From positions 16,275-80,274 of the forward strand of contig DMXO01000003.1 of NCBI GenBank assembly GCA_003482855.1: a stretch of 64,000 nt of DNA. Reading direction: 5' to 3'. Below, one piece after another: positions 61,940-64,000 of the stretch. How positions within the stretch are numbered: the first letter of the stretch is position 1; each line of letters begins with the position of its first letter. A program made the position numbers and the translations under genes. The stretch comes from Candidatus Magasanikiibacteriota bacterium. Lineage in GTDB: Bacteria > Patescibacteriota > Patescibacteriia > Magasanikbacterales > UBA922. The notes beneath the pieces are model-generated. The model saw nothing but the letters and a program-made list of their open reading frames with translations. It searched no databases and had not been told where the DNA came from.

Positions 61940-61970
61940 ATCTTAATATCTCAATATCCTAATATCACAT
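61940..61970. repeat. (Y)YAATATC tandem octamers (aatatcttaatatctcaatatcctaatatcac)
   Basis: Same family as 9984..10050 and the aroB internal blocks. Confidence 0.45.
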
Positions 61971-61974
61971 ATTT

Positions 61975-63291
<1,317 letters not shown>

Positions 63292-63306
63292 ATGATAAAA
63301 AAATAA

Positions 63307-63331
63307 AAAACTGCTTAAATTGAGCAGTTTT
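63307..63331. terminator. bidirectional terminator-like hairpin (aaaactgct-taaattg-agcagtttt)
   Basis: 9-bp stem with A/T tracts, between the TrpR-like and trpB2 genes. Confidence 0.4.
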
Positions 63332-63413
63332 AAATAATAAAAAATAAGCACTGCTCAGCTTCGCCAGCAGTTCCACCAATTTAATAAATTTCCATTCCCT
63401 TTCATAATACAAA

Positions 63414-63450
63414 GCTTAATCTGCTTATTGCTTAATCTGCTTAATCAATA
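63414..63450. repeat. tandem gcttaatctgctta repeats overlapping the stop of the TrpR-like gene
   Basis: gcttaatctgcttattgcttaatctgcttaatc. Same unit as the inverted repeat at 43411..43453. Confidence 0.45.
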
Positions 63451-63706
63451 TCTTCCCAAATCCCCCTTTTTTATCCAACAACTCTCGAGCTCCTCTCTCA
63501 ACCTTTGAAATGCTCACCCCAAGTTTCTTCGCCACCTCACGCTGAGTAATCCCTTGACTAAGTAATTTAACAATCTGCCAGCGCAAAACAATGTCCTTCA
63601 CTTCAGCAGGTGTAAGCAAATCAACCAAAAAATCTTCCATTAATTTTACGTCCTTTATCCCAGATAAAATTTTCAAAAGTTCTTTTTTATTCTGCACAAA
63701 TCCCAT
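63425..63706 (-). CDS. TrpR-like regulator (YerC/YecD family)
   Basis: LLTPAEVKDIVLRWQIVKLLSQGITQREVAKKLGVSISKVERGAREL. Start set at the internal Met (63704-63706). Confidence 0.6.
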   Translation of the reverse strand: MGFVQNKKELLKILSGIKDVKLMEDFLVDLLTPAEVKDIVLRWQIVKLLSQGITQREVAKKLGVSISKVERGARELLDKKGGFGKILIKQIKQ

Positions 63707-63888
63707 ATATAAAGTTCTAGTTTGGTATTTGCATTTTGAGTTTGTACTACTGTACCAGTACAACGATATACTACCAAATAAAAAATCCACAGTCAATAAC
63801 GGCTGTGGATAACAAAAATTATCATGTTCCAAAAATCTTTCAGGACCTATGACCTAAAATAGCCTACCCAATACCTCGTCACACTTCT

Positions 63889-64000
63889 ATCACCACCGGC
63901 AATATCATCGGTCGCTTCTCAGTCTTCGTAAAAATAAACTGCCCTATCTTATCCCTGATATCATTGCGAATTTGATTGCTGTCTGCCCATGATACAGGAT
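63889..64000 (-). CDS. 3' end of an unidentified gene (C-terminus …FIFTKTEKRPMILPVVIEV)
   Basis: Open frame entering from beyond the window end. Stop at 63889-63891. Confidence 0.3.

Overview
The window is AT-rich, gene-dense bacterial chromosome, mostly transcribed on the minus strand, with housekeeping genes whose starts lack Shine-Dalgarno (SD) motifs. The 'four-helix-bundle' gene and the reduced metabolism suggest a CPR/Patescibacteria-like organism, at low confidence. Confident calls are ndk, a UvrD/PcrA helicase, a queuosine-salvage cluster (tgt, yhhQ-like transporter, queA, with rlmH interleaved), mltG, a mannose-1-P guanylyltransferase, a PAP2 phosphatase, prfB, groES-groEL preceded by a CIRCE operator and a near-consensus promoter, an O-antigen-ligase-family protein, yidC, nusA, yraN, glnA next to a TrmB regulator, one tRNA-Asn(GTT), and a long compact minus-strand aromatic amino-acid operon (aroA-aroK-aroQ-aroE-aroG-aroB-aroC-pheA-tyrA-chorismate mutase-lysE-aminotransferase-trpS) with an upstream stand-alone TrpB2 and a TrpR-like regulator. 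Four observations do not fit ordinary annotation. First, several strongly GC-rich single-gene islands sit in the AT-rich background, each with a strong SD: a 780-aa membrane/coiled-coil protein with a Pro/Thr-rich tail behind a textbook TTGACA-17-TATAAT promoter; a Cys-rich single-pass membrane protein; a type-I asparaginase followed by an IS1595-like transposase; and a small islet carrying a 41-aa zinc-ribbon micro-ORF. This points to recent horizontal acquisition, or to a chimeric assembly. Second, a short GC-rich palindromic element (~30 nt, core tccgcc-N-ggcgga) is inserted in frame inside uvrD and aroB, with a related copy in the groEL-groES spacer. Third, there are multiple short AT-rich repeat families: a MITE-like element with aattcacctaa terminal inverted repeats present in two inverted copies, a ~45-bp element directly upstream of nusA and of trpS, (Y)YAATATC tandem octamers including two inverted blocks inside aroB, and a TTAATCTGCTTA motif. 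Fourth, the four-helix-bundle gene is flanked by ~30-bp inverted repeats. No CRISPR array or rRNA was seen.
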